Of a DNA stretch of 45,007 nucleotides, positions 1 through 9,080 are shown one piece after another. The first letter of the stretch is position 1. Every line of letters begins with the position of its first letter. Made by a program: the position numbers and the translations under genes. The DNA lies in contig JAYUWD010000207.1 in assembly GCA_043753735.1 (NCBI GenBank), positions 1 through 45,007 of the forward strand, read 5' to 3'. Below the pieces are notes generated by a model. That model was given only the letters and a program-made list of their open reading frames with translations, had not been told where the DNA came from and ran no database searches. This DNA comes from Gemmatimonadaceae bacterium (GTDB lineage Bacteria; Gemmatimonadota; Gemmatimonadetes; Gemmatimonadales; Gemmatimonadaceae).

Positions 1-350
1 CGTCCGCTGCGTGAAAAGAGATCGACCCGGCGATCGGCCAGCAGTCGTCCGACGCCGCCGGTGTCCGACACCGTCAACTCCGACGCATCCGCGCGAAGCA
101 GTGAGCCCGAGGTAAGACCGCCATCAACCGTCGGCAGCACGATGAATGGACCCGCCGTCGAGTCCCACCCCGTCGCTGTCACGACCGGGCGCATACTATC
201 CGTCGGCGCAACCGGAATAGCGGTTGAGCTGCTGTCAGCGGAAGTTGCGGGCGCCCGGCGGTCACAGCTACTCAGGAGTGCCGCCGAGATAGCGAGCATT
301 ACGACAAGCGCCGCACAGGTGCGGCGACCATGCCTGAAGGATGGCGTCAC
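1..350 (-). CDS. Hypothetical lipoprotein (5' part; runs off window start)
   Basis: Not in ORF track. Manual translation from GTG 350 gives MTPSFRHGRRTCAALVVMLAISAALLSSCDRRAPAT... (basic N-region, hydrophobic stretch, LSSC lipobox), open to the window edge. Confidence 0.6.
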   Translation of the reverse strand, partial: MTPSFRHGRRTCAALVVMLAISAALLSSCDRRAPATSADSSSTAIPVAPTDSMRPVVTATGWDSTAGPFIVLPTVDGGLTSGSLLRADASELTVSDTGGVGRLLADRRVDLFSRSG

Positions 351-433
351 GAGATTGCGTTCGTTGCTGGACAGATGGGGGATCGACACAGACACTAATC
401 TGCTCCAGCCCACTTCCCTTTACGAGACTTTGG

Positions 434-1795
434 ATGACATCCACACGCCCGGCATCTCGCATCCTCAACGCGCTTGGCCTTCATCGGCGCGAACTGCGGG
501 CCTGGGCGATGTACGATTGGGCGGTCTCAGCCGCGCAAACCACCATCATGACCGCGGTCTTCCCGATCTTCTTCGTGAAAGTCGCCGCGGCCGGCCTGAC
601 CCCACCACAGGCCTCTCAGTGGTTTGCCAACGCCAGCACCATCGGTGCCGTCCTTATCGCGATCATGGCGCCACTGCTCGGCGCGCTGGCCGACTTCAAA
701 GCGGCGAAGAAGAAGTTTCTCGTCGGCTTCATGCTCGTCGGCGTAGCCGCAACGGCCGCGATGTTCTTCATCAGTCGCGGCGACGTGCTCTTCGCCGCCA
801 TTGTGTTTGTGCTCTCGCTCGGCGGCGCAGCGGGGAGCATGACATTTTACGAGTCGTTGCTGCCGCACATCGCCAGCGTGGACGAAATGGATCGCGTGTC
901 GACGGCCGGCTACGCGTTGGGCTATGTCGGCGGCGGATTGTTGCTGGCGCTCAACCTCGCGTGGATCTCCAATCCCGGCATGTTCGGACTGCCGTCTGGA
1001 GACGGGCTGACTGCGTCGCAGCAGACACTCCCCGCGCGCCTTGCCTTTGTATCTGTGGCGGTGTGGTGGATCGTCTTTTCCATCCCCGTGTTGCGTCGTG
1101 TGCCGGAACCTCCGCGCACACTCGAAAGCGACGAAACATCGACAGAAAATCCGTGGAAGGTCGCCGTCACGCGGCTCGGCGAAACTCTGCGCGAATTGCG
1201 CGGCTACAAACAGGCCGCGCTTGCAATGCTCGCGTTCACAATTTATAACGACGGCATTCAGACCATCATCAAGATGGCGAGTGTGTATGGCACCGAGATC
1301 GGCATCGGCCAATCGGACCTCATCACGGCTATTCTGCTGGTGCAGTTCATCGGCATTCCGTGCGCGTTCGGTTTTGGCATGCTTGCCGGAAAGATCGGCG
1401 CGAAAGTCTCGATCTTCATCGGCCTCGTGGTCTATGCCGGCATCTGCATTTTTGCGTACAACATGACGTCGGCACGTGAGTTCTACTTCCTCGCGGTGCT
1501 CGTCGGTTTGGTGCAGGGTGGCACACAGGCGCTCAGTCGCTCGCTCTTTGCAAACATGATTCCCAAGCACAAAAGCGGCGAGTTCTTCGGCTTCTACTCT
1601 GTCTTTGAAAAATTCGGTGGCATCCTCGGTCCGCTCGCCTTCTCCATCGCGATCGGACAGAGTGGCTCGAGCCGAGCCGCGATACTTTCGGTCATCGGGT
1701 TTTTCATCGTGGGCGGTGCGCTGCTCGCGTTCGTGAACGTGCCCGCCGGCGAACGTGCCGCGCGCGAAGCGGATGCAAAGGCACTGGCGGGCTAA
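434..1795 (+). CDS. MFS transporter, UMF1/Atg22-like family
   Basis: About 12 hydrophobic segments; N-terminal RAWAMYDWA and LQGGTQALSRS-type motifs typical of this family. ATG 434 preferred over 341. Confidence 0.85.
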   Translation: MTSTRPASRILNALGLHRRELRAWAMYDWAVSAAQTTIMTAVFPIFFVKVAAAGLTPPQASQWFANASTIGAVLIAIMAPLLGALADFKAAKKKFLVGFMLVGVAATAAMFFISRGDVLFAAIVFVLSLGGAAGSMTFYESLLPHIASVDEMDRVSTAGYALGYVGGGLLLALNLAWISNPGMFGLPSGDGLTASQQTLPARLAFVSVAVWWIVFSIPVLRRVPEPPRTLESDETSTENPWKVAVTRLGETLRELRGYKQAALAMLAFTIYNDGIQTIIKMASVYGTEIGIGQSDLITAILLVQFIGIPCAFGFGMLAGKIGAKVSIFIGLVVYAGICIFAYNMTSAREFYFLAVLVGLVQGGTQALSRSLFANMIPKHKSGEFFGFYSVFEKFGGILGPLAFSIAIGQSGSSRAAILSVIGFFIVGGALLAFVNVPAGERAAREADAKALAG

Positions 1796-2160
1796 CGAAC
1801 GACAAGTGTTTGATCCGGTGGCGGCAACACCGGCCCGCCCAGATCCCAGTGCCACGCTGCGCGCCGCTCTTCAGTACGCGGATCCCGCAATGCCTTGTAT
1901 TGAAGACGATCTTGGGGCATGCCAATTTGCGCACCGTACGCCAGCAATCGCTTGCGATCTGTGCTCACCATGTGCACCATCGGTCGTCCTTTCCACACGT
2001 GACGGTGCAGCCACATACCACCGTCCATCGCGTGAATCATTCCCTCACGTCGCCGCACAAACTCCCGCGCACCCGCCGCACGAGTGACGTCGCGCAGACG
2101 TGTCGTGCGACGCGCGACATCTCGATCATCGACAATTGCAGGAAGAGCGCGTTCGGTCAT
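1792..2160 (-). CDS. DUF4031-like small protein
   Basis: HMVSTD...LLAYGAQIGM...LQ...HWDL resembles the DUF4031 pattern. GAGGGG RBS in the 9-nt gap after the pilin stop. Confidence 0.55.
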   Translation of the reverse strand: MTERALPAIVDDRDVARRTTRLRDVTRAAGAREFVRRREGMIHAMDGGMWLHRHVWKGRPMVHMVSTDRKRLLAYGAQIGMPQDRLQYKALRDPRTEERRAAWHWDLGGPVLPPPDQTLVVR

Positions 2161-2169
2161 CCCCTCAGC

Positions 2170-2559
2170 TTATCGACACTTCACCTGCCCTTCAACACTC
2201 GCCGGTGCGATCGCGGCTGCGCCGCCATAGAACACCGCGCACGTAACCGTCGGCGCCTGTGGATGCACCGTTTGCGCAGACCAGCCGAGGGGCGTCGCTT
2301 CGACAATGGTCAAGTTCACCCCGGGGGACGGCTGAAAATTCACCGCGGCGAGTGTCGGCGTGTACTGCGAGTTGACGTAAAAAAAGTCCTCTTCCGACGA
2401 CGCCAGATTGTGCAGGTCGCTCTTCATCGCGCCGATCTGCGCACTCCCCTTGGTTGCGGAAAGCTTGGGAATGGCGATCGCGGCCATGATCCCCACGATC
2501 ACGACAACGATCAACAGCTCGATTAGCGTAAAGCCTCGGGTGGTTTGGGTAGAACGCAT
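2170..2559 (-). CDS. Type IV pilin-like protein (class III signal peptide)
   Basis: MRSTQTTRG|FTLIELLIVVVIVGIMAAIAIP prepilin cleavage/methylation motif with E5; two C-terminal Cys. Confidence 0.9.
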   Translation of the reverse strand: MRSTQTTRGFTLIELLIVVVIVGIMAAIAIPKLSATKGSAQIGAMKSDLHNLASSEEDFFYVNSQYTPTLAAVNFQPSPGVNLTIVEATPLGWSAQTVHPQAPTVTCAVFYGGAAAIAPASVEGQVKCR

Positions 2560-2652
2560 GCGCAGTCCTCGAAAGTCGGCCAAGACAGTGCGCGATGCTG
2601 AACTCGCGCTCGGTGGCGCCGCGTCGTGCGCGTCGCCTTCTCCGTCTCAGAA

Positions 2653-2668
2653 GGCAACCTCGGTGCCG
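2653..2668 (-). promoter_or_regulatory. sigma54 (-24/-12) promoter of pilin gene
   Basis: Minus strand CGGCACCGAGGTTGCC = GG-N10-GC, close to consensus TGGCACG-N4-TTGC, about 95 bp upstream of the pilin ATG. Confidence 0.7.
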
Positions 2669-2820
2669 CGATTGGCAGCTTCGCCTAAGTACATCAAAGC
2701 CATTGACTTAGCTGGTCGGTGCTGCCCGCCGAGCGCCCGCTGACCGCCGCACGACGTCAGACTCCGTGCAAAGTGCACGACTGCCGCCCGTGCGAATTGT
2801 CGGACGGAACGGCGAGCCAA

Positions 2821-5800
2821 TCAGGACTTGGCCGCCACCCAGTCATTGCCGATTCCCATCTCCACCAGCAACGGAACGTTGAGCTGTGCGGCCCCCTCCA
2901 TCTCGCGCTTGACCATCGCACGCAGCGTTCCTTCCTCTTCCGGCGGCAACTCAAAGATCAATTCGTCATGCACCGACAGGAGCATGCGCGCCGAAAACTT
3001 TTCGTCCGAAAGCGCTTGGTGAATCCGCAGCATCGCGACCTTGATCAGGTCGGCGGCGGAGCCCTGGATTGGAGCGTTCGCGGCCACGCGTTCGCCAAAA
3101 GCGCGGATGTTGTGATTGCGTTCCTTGAGCTCCGGGACGTAGCGGCGACGCTTGAACAACGTCTCCACATATCCTTGTGCCTTGGCTTCGACAACGCACT
3201 GTTCCAAAAAGGCTTTCACACCTGCAAAGCGCTCGAAATACGTGTCAATGAATGTCTTCGCTTCGGCGTTCGTGATCTTGAGTTGACGCGACAGGGCAAA
3301 GGCGCCCTGCCCGTAAATAGTGGCGAAATTGATTGTCTTGGCACGGGCGCGCATCTCGCTTGTAACGTCCGCGATATCGACGCCAAAAATGATCGCCGCC
3401 GTCTGTTTGTGGATATCGCCACCGGCCTTGAACGCAGATACAAAGGACGGATCGCCAGACAAGTGCGCCAGCAGACGCAACTCGATCTGCGAATAGTCGG
3501 CCGAAAGCAACTTCCAGCCCGGGCGCGGAATGAAACCGCGACGGATCTCTCGACCGAGCTCACGACGCACCGGAATGTTCTGCAAGTTCGGATCGGTCGA
3601 CGACAGACGACCGGTCGCCGCAACTGTCTGACCGTACGACGTATGCAATCGGTGATCGCGCGGATGCACCAGCCTTGGCAACGAATCGATGTACGTGCTC
3701 TCGAGCTTGGAGATCTCGCGATACTCCATCAACAACGTCGGCAACGTGTGTCCTTCGTCCGCCAGCTCCTGCAATACACTCGCATCCGTGCTTGGACCCG
3801 TCGCGGTCTTTTTCTTGATCGGTAGTCCGAGCTTCTCGAAAAGAATCACGCGCAGCTTGGGATTGGAGTTGATATTGAACTCCTCCTTGGCCTCTGCCCA
3901 GATCTCTTTCTCGACACGCTCACGCTCGGCGCGGAATCGTGTCTTGAGTGATTCAAACCACGCCAGATCAATCGCGATTCCCTGCCACTCCATGTCGGCC
4001 AACACATCGATCAACGGCACCTCGATATTGGCAAACAGCGCCTGCATACCCTGTTCAGCAATGCGCGGTTCGAAGATGGCGCGCAGTCGCATCGTCACAT
4101 CGACATCTTCGCACGAGTAGTCGCGCGCCGCATCGACCGGGACCACCGCGAACGGCAACTGCGAACGTCCCTTGCCGCACAGTGCTTCGTACGCCGTCAT
4201 CGTATGGCCAAGGAATTCGAGCGCCAGCAAATCGAGTCCGTGCGAACGACGCCCCGGATCGAGTATGTAGCTCGCAAGCATCGTGTCGAACTCGAGACCG
4301 GCCAGACGTACGCCGGCCGTGCGCAACACCAGCACATCGTACTTGGCGTTCTGCGCGATCTTTTTTACGGCCGCATCTTCGAGCATCGCGCGCAACGGCG
4401 CGACCTCTTCGCTTGCGAACGGGGGCAAATTCACCGGCTCCGACACTCCCGCGCTGATCCGACGTCCAGCAATCCCGGCATCGCCCGACAACAGAGCGAG
4501 GTTGCCATCGCCATTGTCGAGCCGATGTCTGAACGGCAAGTAGTACGCTTCGCCAGGCGCGACGGCGATCGACATGCCAACCAGGATCGCACGCATCGCA
4601 TCGATACCAAGTGGCGCACCGGGCTCGCACACCGTCTCGGTGTCGATCGCGATGTACGGCACCTCGCGGACACGCGCGAGCAGCGTATCGAGCGCAGTCA
4701 CCGTTTCGACCGTGATATACCGCGCATCGCTGAGCACCGGCACGCCGCTTTCGGCCACGCGCACGTCGGGCGCAGGAGGCCGACCAATGCCCAGGTATGT
4801 GTTCTGAATCTGCGCCGCGACCGCGATGTCATTTGATGCGGCATCGGACGCCCCTGCCAATGCATCTGTCCTTCGTGGCGCATACGATGCTTCAGGCAAG
4901 TCAAACAACGAGGCCGGCGTCGAAACAGCATTTGTTGCCTTCTGTGCCGACAACGCCGGACCCAGATCCTTGAGCATCGAGTTGAACTCGAGCTCGAGAA
5001 ACAGATGACGCAACGCCTGTATATCCGGCTTGCCAACCTGCAGCGCCCCAGGATCGAGGCTGATCGGCACGTCCTCCATGATCGTCACAAGCTTTTTCGA
5101 CAACAGTGCCACGTCATGATGTTCGAGCAACGCTTCGCGCGGCCGTTTTTTCGTGACTTCGCTGGCGTGCGCGAGAATTTCCTCGAGGGGGCCGAACTGT
5201 CCGATCAACTCCTGCGCGGTTTTTTCGCCGATCCCTCTCACACCTGGCACGTTGTCCGACGTGTCACCAACCAGCGCGAGGTAGTCAATGACACGTTCGG
5301 GAGGCACGCCGAGTCGGTCGTTCGCATTTTCCATCCCGACCCACGACTCTTCGACACTCGCCGGTCCACCGCGTCCCGGATTGAGCAACCAGACACCGGG
5401 ACGCACGAGCTGCTGAAAGTCCTTGTCACCCGAAACGACGACAACGTTGTATCCGGCTTCAACGCCAAGTCTGGCGAGTGTGCCGATGACGTCGTCGGCT
5501 TCGTACCCCGGCACGCTCAGCACCGGGACATCGTACGCTTTGAGCAGCTGCTCGATGCGCTGCAACCCCGTGTCAAAATCGGCCTGCAATTCGTCCGTCA
5601 ATTTTTCGCGCGTCGCCTTGTACTCCGGATACAGATCGACACGGAACGATGCGCCGGCGTCGTGCACCCAGCCGAGCAGTTCGGGTTTGTGTGTGGCCAG
5701 AAGTCGCTTGAGAAAATTTGCGACGCCCCATGCGGCAGATGTGTTCTCGCCGCGACTGGTGTTCAGCGGCCGCGAGAGCAGCGCGAAGAACGCGCGATAG

Positions 5801-5862
5801 ATCAGCGCATAGCCATCAACGAGGAAAAGTCTCGGTGCCGTCGGCTTGGTTACATCACTCAC
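2821..5862 (-). CDS. polA: DNA polymerase I
   Basis: 5'-3' exonuclease (LVDG..LIYRAFFA, YEADD, SGDKD), 3'-5' exonuclease (DTET), polymerase motifs (ADYSQIELR, RARAKTINFATIYG, VHDE). GTG 5862 overlaps the upstream stop (GTGA). Confidence 0.97.
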   Translation of the reverse strand: MSDVTKPTAPRLFLVDGYALIYRAFFALLSRPLNTSRGENTSAAWGVANFLKRLLATHKPELLGWVHDAGASFRVDLYPEYKATREKLTDELQADFDTGLQRIEQLLKAYDVPVLSVPGYEADDVIGTLARLGVEAGYNVVVVSGDKDFQQLVRPGVWLLNPGRGGPASVEESWVGMENANDRLGVPPERVIDYLALVGDTSDNVPGVRGIGEKTAQELIGQFGPLEEILAHASEVTKKRPREALLEHHDVALLSKKLVTIMEDVPISLDPGALQVGKPDIQALRHLFLELEFNSMLKDLGPALSAQKATNAVSTPASLFDLPEASYAPRRTDALAGASDAASNDIAVAAQIQNTYLGIGRPPAPDVRVAESGVPVLSDARYITVETVTALDTLLARVREVPYIAIDTETVCEPGAPLGIDAMRAILVGMSIAVAPGEAYYLPFRHRLDNGDGNLALLSGDAGIAGRRISAGVSEPVNLPPFASEEVAPLRAMLEDAAVKKIAQNAKYDVLVLRTAGVRLAGLEFDTMLASYILDPGRRSHGLDLLALEFLGHTMTAYEALCGKGRSQLPFAVVPVDAARDYSCEDVDVTMRLRAIFEPRIAEQGMQALFANIEVPLIDVLADMEWQGIAIDLAWFESLKTRFRAERERVEKEIWAEAKEEFNINSNPKLRVILFEKLGLPIKKKTATGPSTDASVLQELADEGHTLPTLLMEYREISKLESTYIDSLPRLVHPRDHRLHTSYGQTVAATGRLSSTDPNLQNIPVRRELGREIRRGFIPRPGWKLLSADYSQIELRLLAHLSGDPSFVSAFKAGGDIHKQTAAIIFGVDIADVTSEMRARAKTINFATIYGQGAFALSRQLKITNAEAKTFIDTYFERFAGVKAFLEQCVVEAKAQGYVETLFKRRRYVPELKERNHNIRAFGERVAANAPIQGSAADLIKVAMLRIHQALSDEKFSARMLLSVHDELIFELPPEEEGTLRAMVKREMEGAAQLNVPLLVEMGIGNDWVAAKS

Positions 5863-7415
5863 GGACGGCTGGCCATCCGGCGACGGATTGCGTTCTGAAG
5901 ATCGCCCATCTGCTGCGGATTCAGCCGCCAGCGGCCGAAGCCGGTTTGATCGATGAAGACAAGTTGCAAACGATACTCGCGGTATTCCCACACCTGTTGC
6001 CGAACGCGCGCGCTCGGATCGTTGGCGCCGGAATCATAGATGTTGTCAGGATCACCAAGTCCAACAAACGCGACGCCGCGATCGGAAAGCCATCCGTTCT
6101 GCCCGTCGTCGCGAAAACGTTGGTTGGCGGTGCGAATACGCACAAAGTAGTCGCGCAGTCCTTCGTGTTCGGCTGTTGCCGGCAGCGGATCGGTACTTTT
6201 GAGAAACTGCGCCCACAATTCCGCGCGCTGTGCCGGTGGTGCATCGCGCAGCGTTTTGATGCGGTCGGGGGTCGTGAAGTAGCGTAGATACGCCAGCATC
6301 TCATCGAACGACGAAATCGGCAGGTCATCACCAAGACTGACAAAAATGCGCGTCCGCGCCGTGTCCGCGCGTCCAGCCGAAGTCACCTCGAGCGTGGTGA
6401 TACCGATACCCATGCGCGCCACCGGAACGCCGAGTGTGAAATCGCGTGCACTGCCGCGCGCGGTCAGATCGACATCGCGTTCCCAGAGCTGCTGGTCCCC
6501 TTCGCCGATCAGACGCGCGTGCACTCGAGTCGGTGCTTCTGGACCCACCGCCTCGATGTAGACCGGGAGTATCGAATCGACGCCAAACGTCACCGTCGAA
6601 CGAGGCCGCGCGAGCAGTCTTGGCAGCGAATCGGCAGTGGTGCGAGGAATTATTTCATAGACCGGAACCAGTGACCCGATGGTACCCGACGCCAAACGCG
6701 GCACCAGAATCGAGACTTCTTCGGACGCGCCACGAATGCTGGATTCGTCCTTCACCGAGACCGAAAGCGTGTAGCGACCGGGCGGCAGACGAAGGAATTG
6801 CTGCCAGATCACACTTTCGTCGGTGCGCGACGTTTCGCGGAAAGTGGGGACGCGCACCGTTTCCTTCGCTTCGATCTGCCTGACGACCGACACCCCCTGA
6901 CGCAGCTCGAGCCGGACCGTGTAGTTGGCTGTGTAGCGATCGCCTTCGCGTCCAAAACCAAGTGCGCGCGATGGCAGCGACATCGCGACCAGCGTCAGCG
7001 TGCTGTCGGCGTTCGGGGAGCGAAGAAACGACACCGAGGCAACGAACGGAATCGTCCCTGCTCCGGCGAGCAACCCCATGCTCCGATAAAGTCGCTGCAT
7101 CTCAGAGCCAACCCCGACCCCGACCCCCGCCACCGTCGCCCCGCCACCGACGCCAGCGGGGCCGCCTGGACGCTGGCCGCGAGGGGGCGCCGGCTGATTG
7201 ACCGATTGTTTGCCGGAACAGGCCACAACCATTGCCGATGCGCCCAGCACAAGTGCCAGCACGCAACGGCGGCGTACCACTCGCCGCGGGACAGAACAAA
7301 CCGAGTGGTGAAAGCGCGTGGCGACTTCGGAATGCGACGTCGTCGACGGGAGCTCGCCAAGCCGAGGGGTCGGAGCCAACGGGGCCGCTGGCGGCATGGA
7401 ACGCTGCTGAGACAT
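5859..7415 (-). CDS. GWxTD domain-containing putative lipoprotein
   Basis: C-terminal W..F...DP.P...Y..R...AN..F...GWLSDRG....LGDPD...QVWEY...F.D..G.G pattern of the GWxTD domain; VVAC lipobox after a hydrophobic stretch. Start codon uncertain. Confidence 0.8.
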   Translation of the reverse strand: MSQQRSMPPAAPLAPTPRLGELPSTTSHSEVATRFHHSVCSVPRRVVRRRCVLALVLGASAMVVACSGKQSVNQPAPPRGQRPGGPAGVGGGATVAGVGVGVGSEMQRLYRSMGLLAGAGTIPFVASVSFLRSPNADSTLTLVAMSLPSRALGFGREGDRYTANYTVRLELRQGVSVVRQIEAKETVRVPTFRETSRTDESVIWQQFLRLPPGRYTLSVSVKDESSIRGASEEVSILVPRLASGTIGSLVPVYEIIPRTTADSLPRLLARPRSTVTFGVDSILPVYIEAVGPEAPTRVHARLIGEGDQQLWERDVDLTARGSARDFTLGVPVARMGIGITTLEVTSAGRADTARTRIFVSLGDDLPISSFDEMLAYLRYFTTPDRIKTLRDAPPAQRAELWAQFLKSTDPLPATAEHEGLRDYFVRIRTANQRFRDDGQNGWLSDRGVAFVGLGDPDNIYDSGANDPSARVRQQVWEYREYRLQLVFIDQTGFGRWRLNPQQMGDLQNAIRRRMASRP

Positions 7416-7591
7416 GCGGCGGGAGACTCCCGGCTGTGAAAGGGAACGCAAAGCGGTAGGAGATATAGTACCGTTGACGCCAATCGATGGTCCGATCTCA
7501 GCGGCTTGTCAGGAAACGATTTCGTGCCGTTGTTGGATTTTACAGCATGTTTGTCTTGCCCCTGACGCCCAACCGGCATTACGTTCGGCTC

Positions 7592-8521
7592 GTGCCCATT
7601 GAGACGATAGTCGGAACGACGCTGGCCGGCTACACGGTGCGCGGAAAGGTCGGCGAAGGGGGAACTTCGACCGTCTTTCGTGCGGACCACCCCCAGCATG
7701 GTACCGTTGCCCTGAAAGTGCTGCGCGAAAAGCTGCAGCACGACAAAACCGCTGTCGCGCGTTTTTTGCGCGAGGCGCAATTCGGCGCACGAGTACAACA
7801 CCCCAACATCATCCGTACCCTCGATTACGGGCAATCGGATGGCGATCGCTACTACCTCGCGATCGAATGGGCCTCAGGTGAGATCCTGGACAAGCATGCG
7901 GAACGCTCCGGTCCGCTCGCTGCCAAGGAAGTCGCCGAGATCATGACGCAGATTTGTGGCGCCGTGCAGGCTGCACATGATGCAGGGATCGTGCACCGCG
8001 ATCTGAAGCCGGAAAATGTCATGTACGATCCGGCCACCCACCACGTGAAGCTGCTCGATTTCGGCATCGCCGCCGACACCGATGCCGCGCCCGATCAGCG
8101 CCTCACGCGTGCCGGCTTTTTTGTCGGCACACTTATGTATGTCGCACCGGAAGCGCTTTCAGGGGAGCTCGTCGGCCCAGCCGCCGATCAGTATTCGTTG
8201 GCCACGATCGCCTATTTTCTGCTGACGGGAACGCTGCCGTATACTGGCAAATCGCCGCGCGAACTGTTTTCGCAGCTGCTCACGCAGCCGCCAACGGCGC
8301 TCAACAAGGCCAAGGCCGGACTCAGCTTCTCCGCTCAGGTCGAAGCCGTGATCATGAAGGCGCTTTCCAAACAGCCGGGCGAGCGATATGGCTCGGTGAG
8401 CGAATTCTCGAATGCGTTCGCCGCCGCTGCCCTTGCCGCACCCGCGCCGCCGGCTGCCGAACCAGAAAGCGCTGCAAAATCCGGGATCTTTGGCAAGGTG
8501 AAGGGACTGTTTGGCCGCTAA
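7592..8521 (+). CDS. Hanks-type Ser/Thr protein kinase (soluble, kinase domain only)
   Basis: GEGGTSTV, VALK, HRDLKPEN, DFG and GTLMYVAPE motifs. GTG 7592 lies 6 nt after a TTGCCC-N18-TACGTT promoter; ATG 7547 is an alternative start. Confidence 0.92.
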   Translation: MPIETIVGTTLAGYTVRGKVGEGGTSTVFRADHPQHGTVALKVLREKLQHDKTAVARFLREAQFGARVQHPNIIRTLDYGQSDGDRYYLAIEWASGEILDKHAERSGPLAAKEVAEIMTQICGAVQAAHDAGIVHRDLKPENVMYDPATHHVKLLDFGIAADTDAAPDQRLTRAGFFVGTLMYVAPEALSGELVGPAADQYSLATIAYFLLTGTLPYTGKSPRELFSQLLTQPPTALNKAKAGLSFSAQVEAVIMKALSKQPGERYGSVSEFSNAFAAAALAAPAPPAAEPESAAKSGIFGKVKGLFGR

Positions 8522-9080
8522 TACTGACCACGCCCGTCTTGTCGCCCTGCTGGCCGAACGATCGGCCAAGCGGGGCGATTTTGTACTTGCCTCAGGACGA
8601 CGCTCGACGCTGTACATCGACTGCCGGCTCACCACGATGAGCCCGGAAGGCCAGCTCCTGATTGGTCGGGCCGGGCTCGCCGCTGTTCGCGCCTCGGGCT
8701 GGGCGGTCGACGCGGTCGGAGGCCTTACGCTGGGCGCCGACCCCATCTCCTATGCCATCGCCCACGCCAGCGCGTTGGCTCAGGAGCGGGGCGACGGTGA
8801 ACTGGTTCGCGCGTTCACGGTGCGCAAGGAAGCCAAGCAGCACGGCACGGGCCGGCTCATCGAAGGGCCGTTCGTCAGCGGCGACCGAGTCGTCGTGGTC
8901 GAAGATGTGATCACGACCGGAGGCTCAGCGCTCAAGGCGGTCGAGGCCATCCGAGCCGCGGGGGGTGAAGTGCTTGGAGTGCTGGCGCTGGTGGATCGGG
9001 AGGAAGGGGGGAGGGAGGCGATCGAGGCGGTTGGGCTCGAGGTCATCGCGATGGTGCGGGCGGCGGAGCTTCCGGTGTAG
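8511..9080 (+). CDS. pyrE: Orotate phosphoribosyltransferase
   Basis: GDFVLASGRRS.LYID, RKEAKQHG, and PRPP-binding VVVEDVITTGGS. Confidence 0.95.
   Translation: MAANTDHARLVALLAERSAKRGDFVLASGRRSTLYIDCRLTTMSPEGQLLIGRAGLAAVRASGWAVDAVGGLTLGADPISYAIAHASALAQERGDGELVRAFTVRKEAKQHGTGRLIEGPFVSGDRVVVVEDVITTGGSALKAVEAIRAAGGEVLGVLALVDREEGGREAIEAVGLEVIAMVRAAELPV

Noticed and set aside
61-1248. 395-aa + strand ORF
   Set aside because: Out-of-frame overlap with the MFS gene and antisense to the lipoprotein at 1-350; Arg-rich shadow translation typical of high-GC DNA.
5863-5991. N-terminal extension of polA in the ORF track
   Set aside because: Lies inside the GWxTD gene; the GTGA overlap at 5859-5862 gives a better start just before the conserved LFLVDG.
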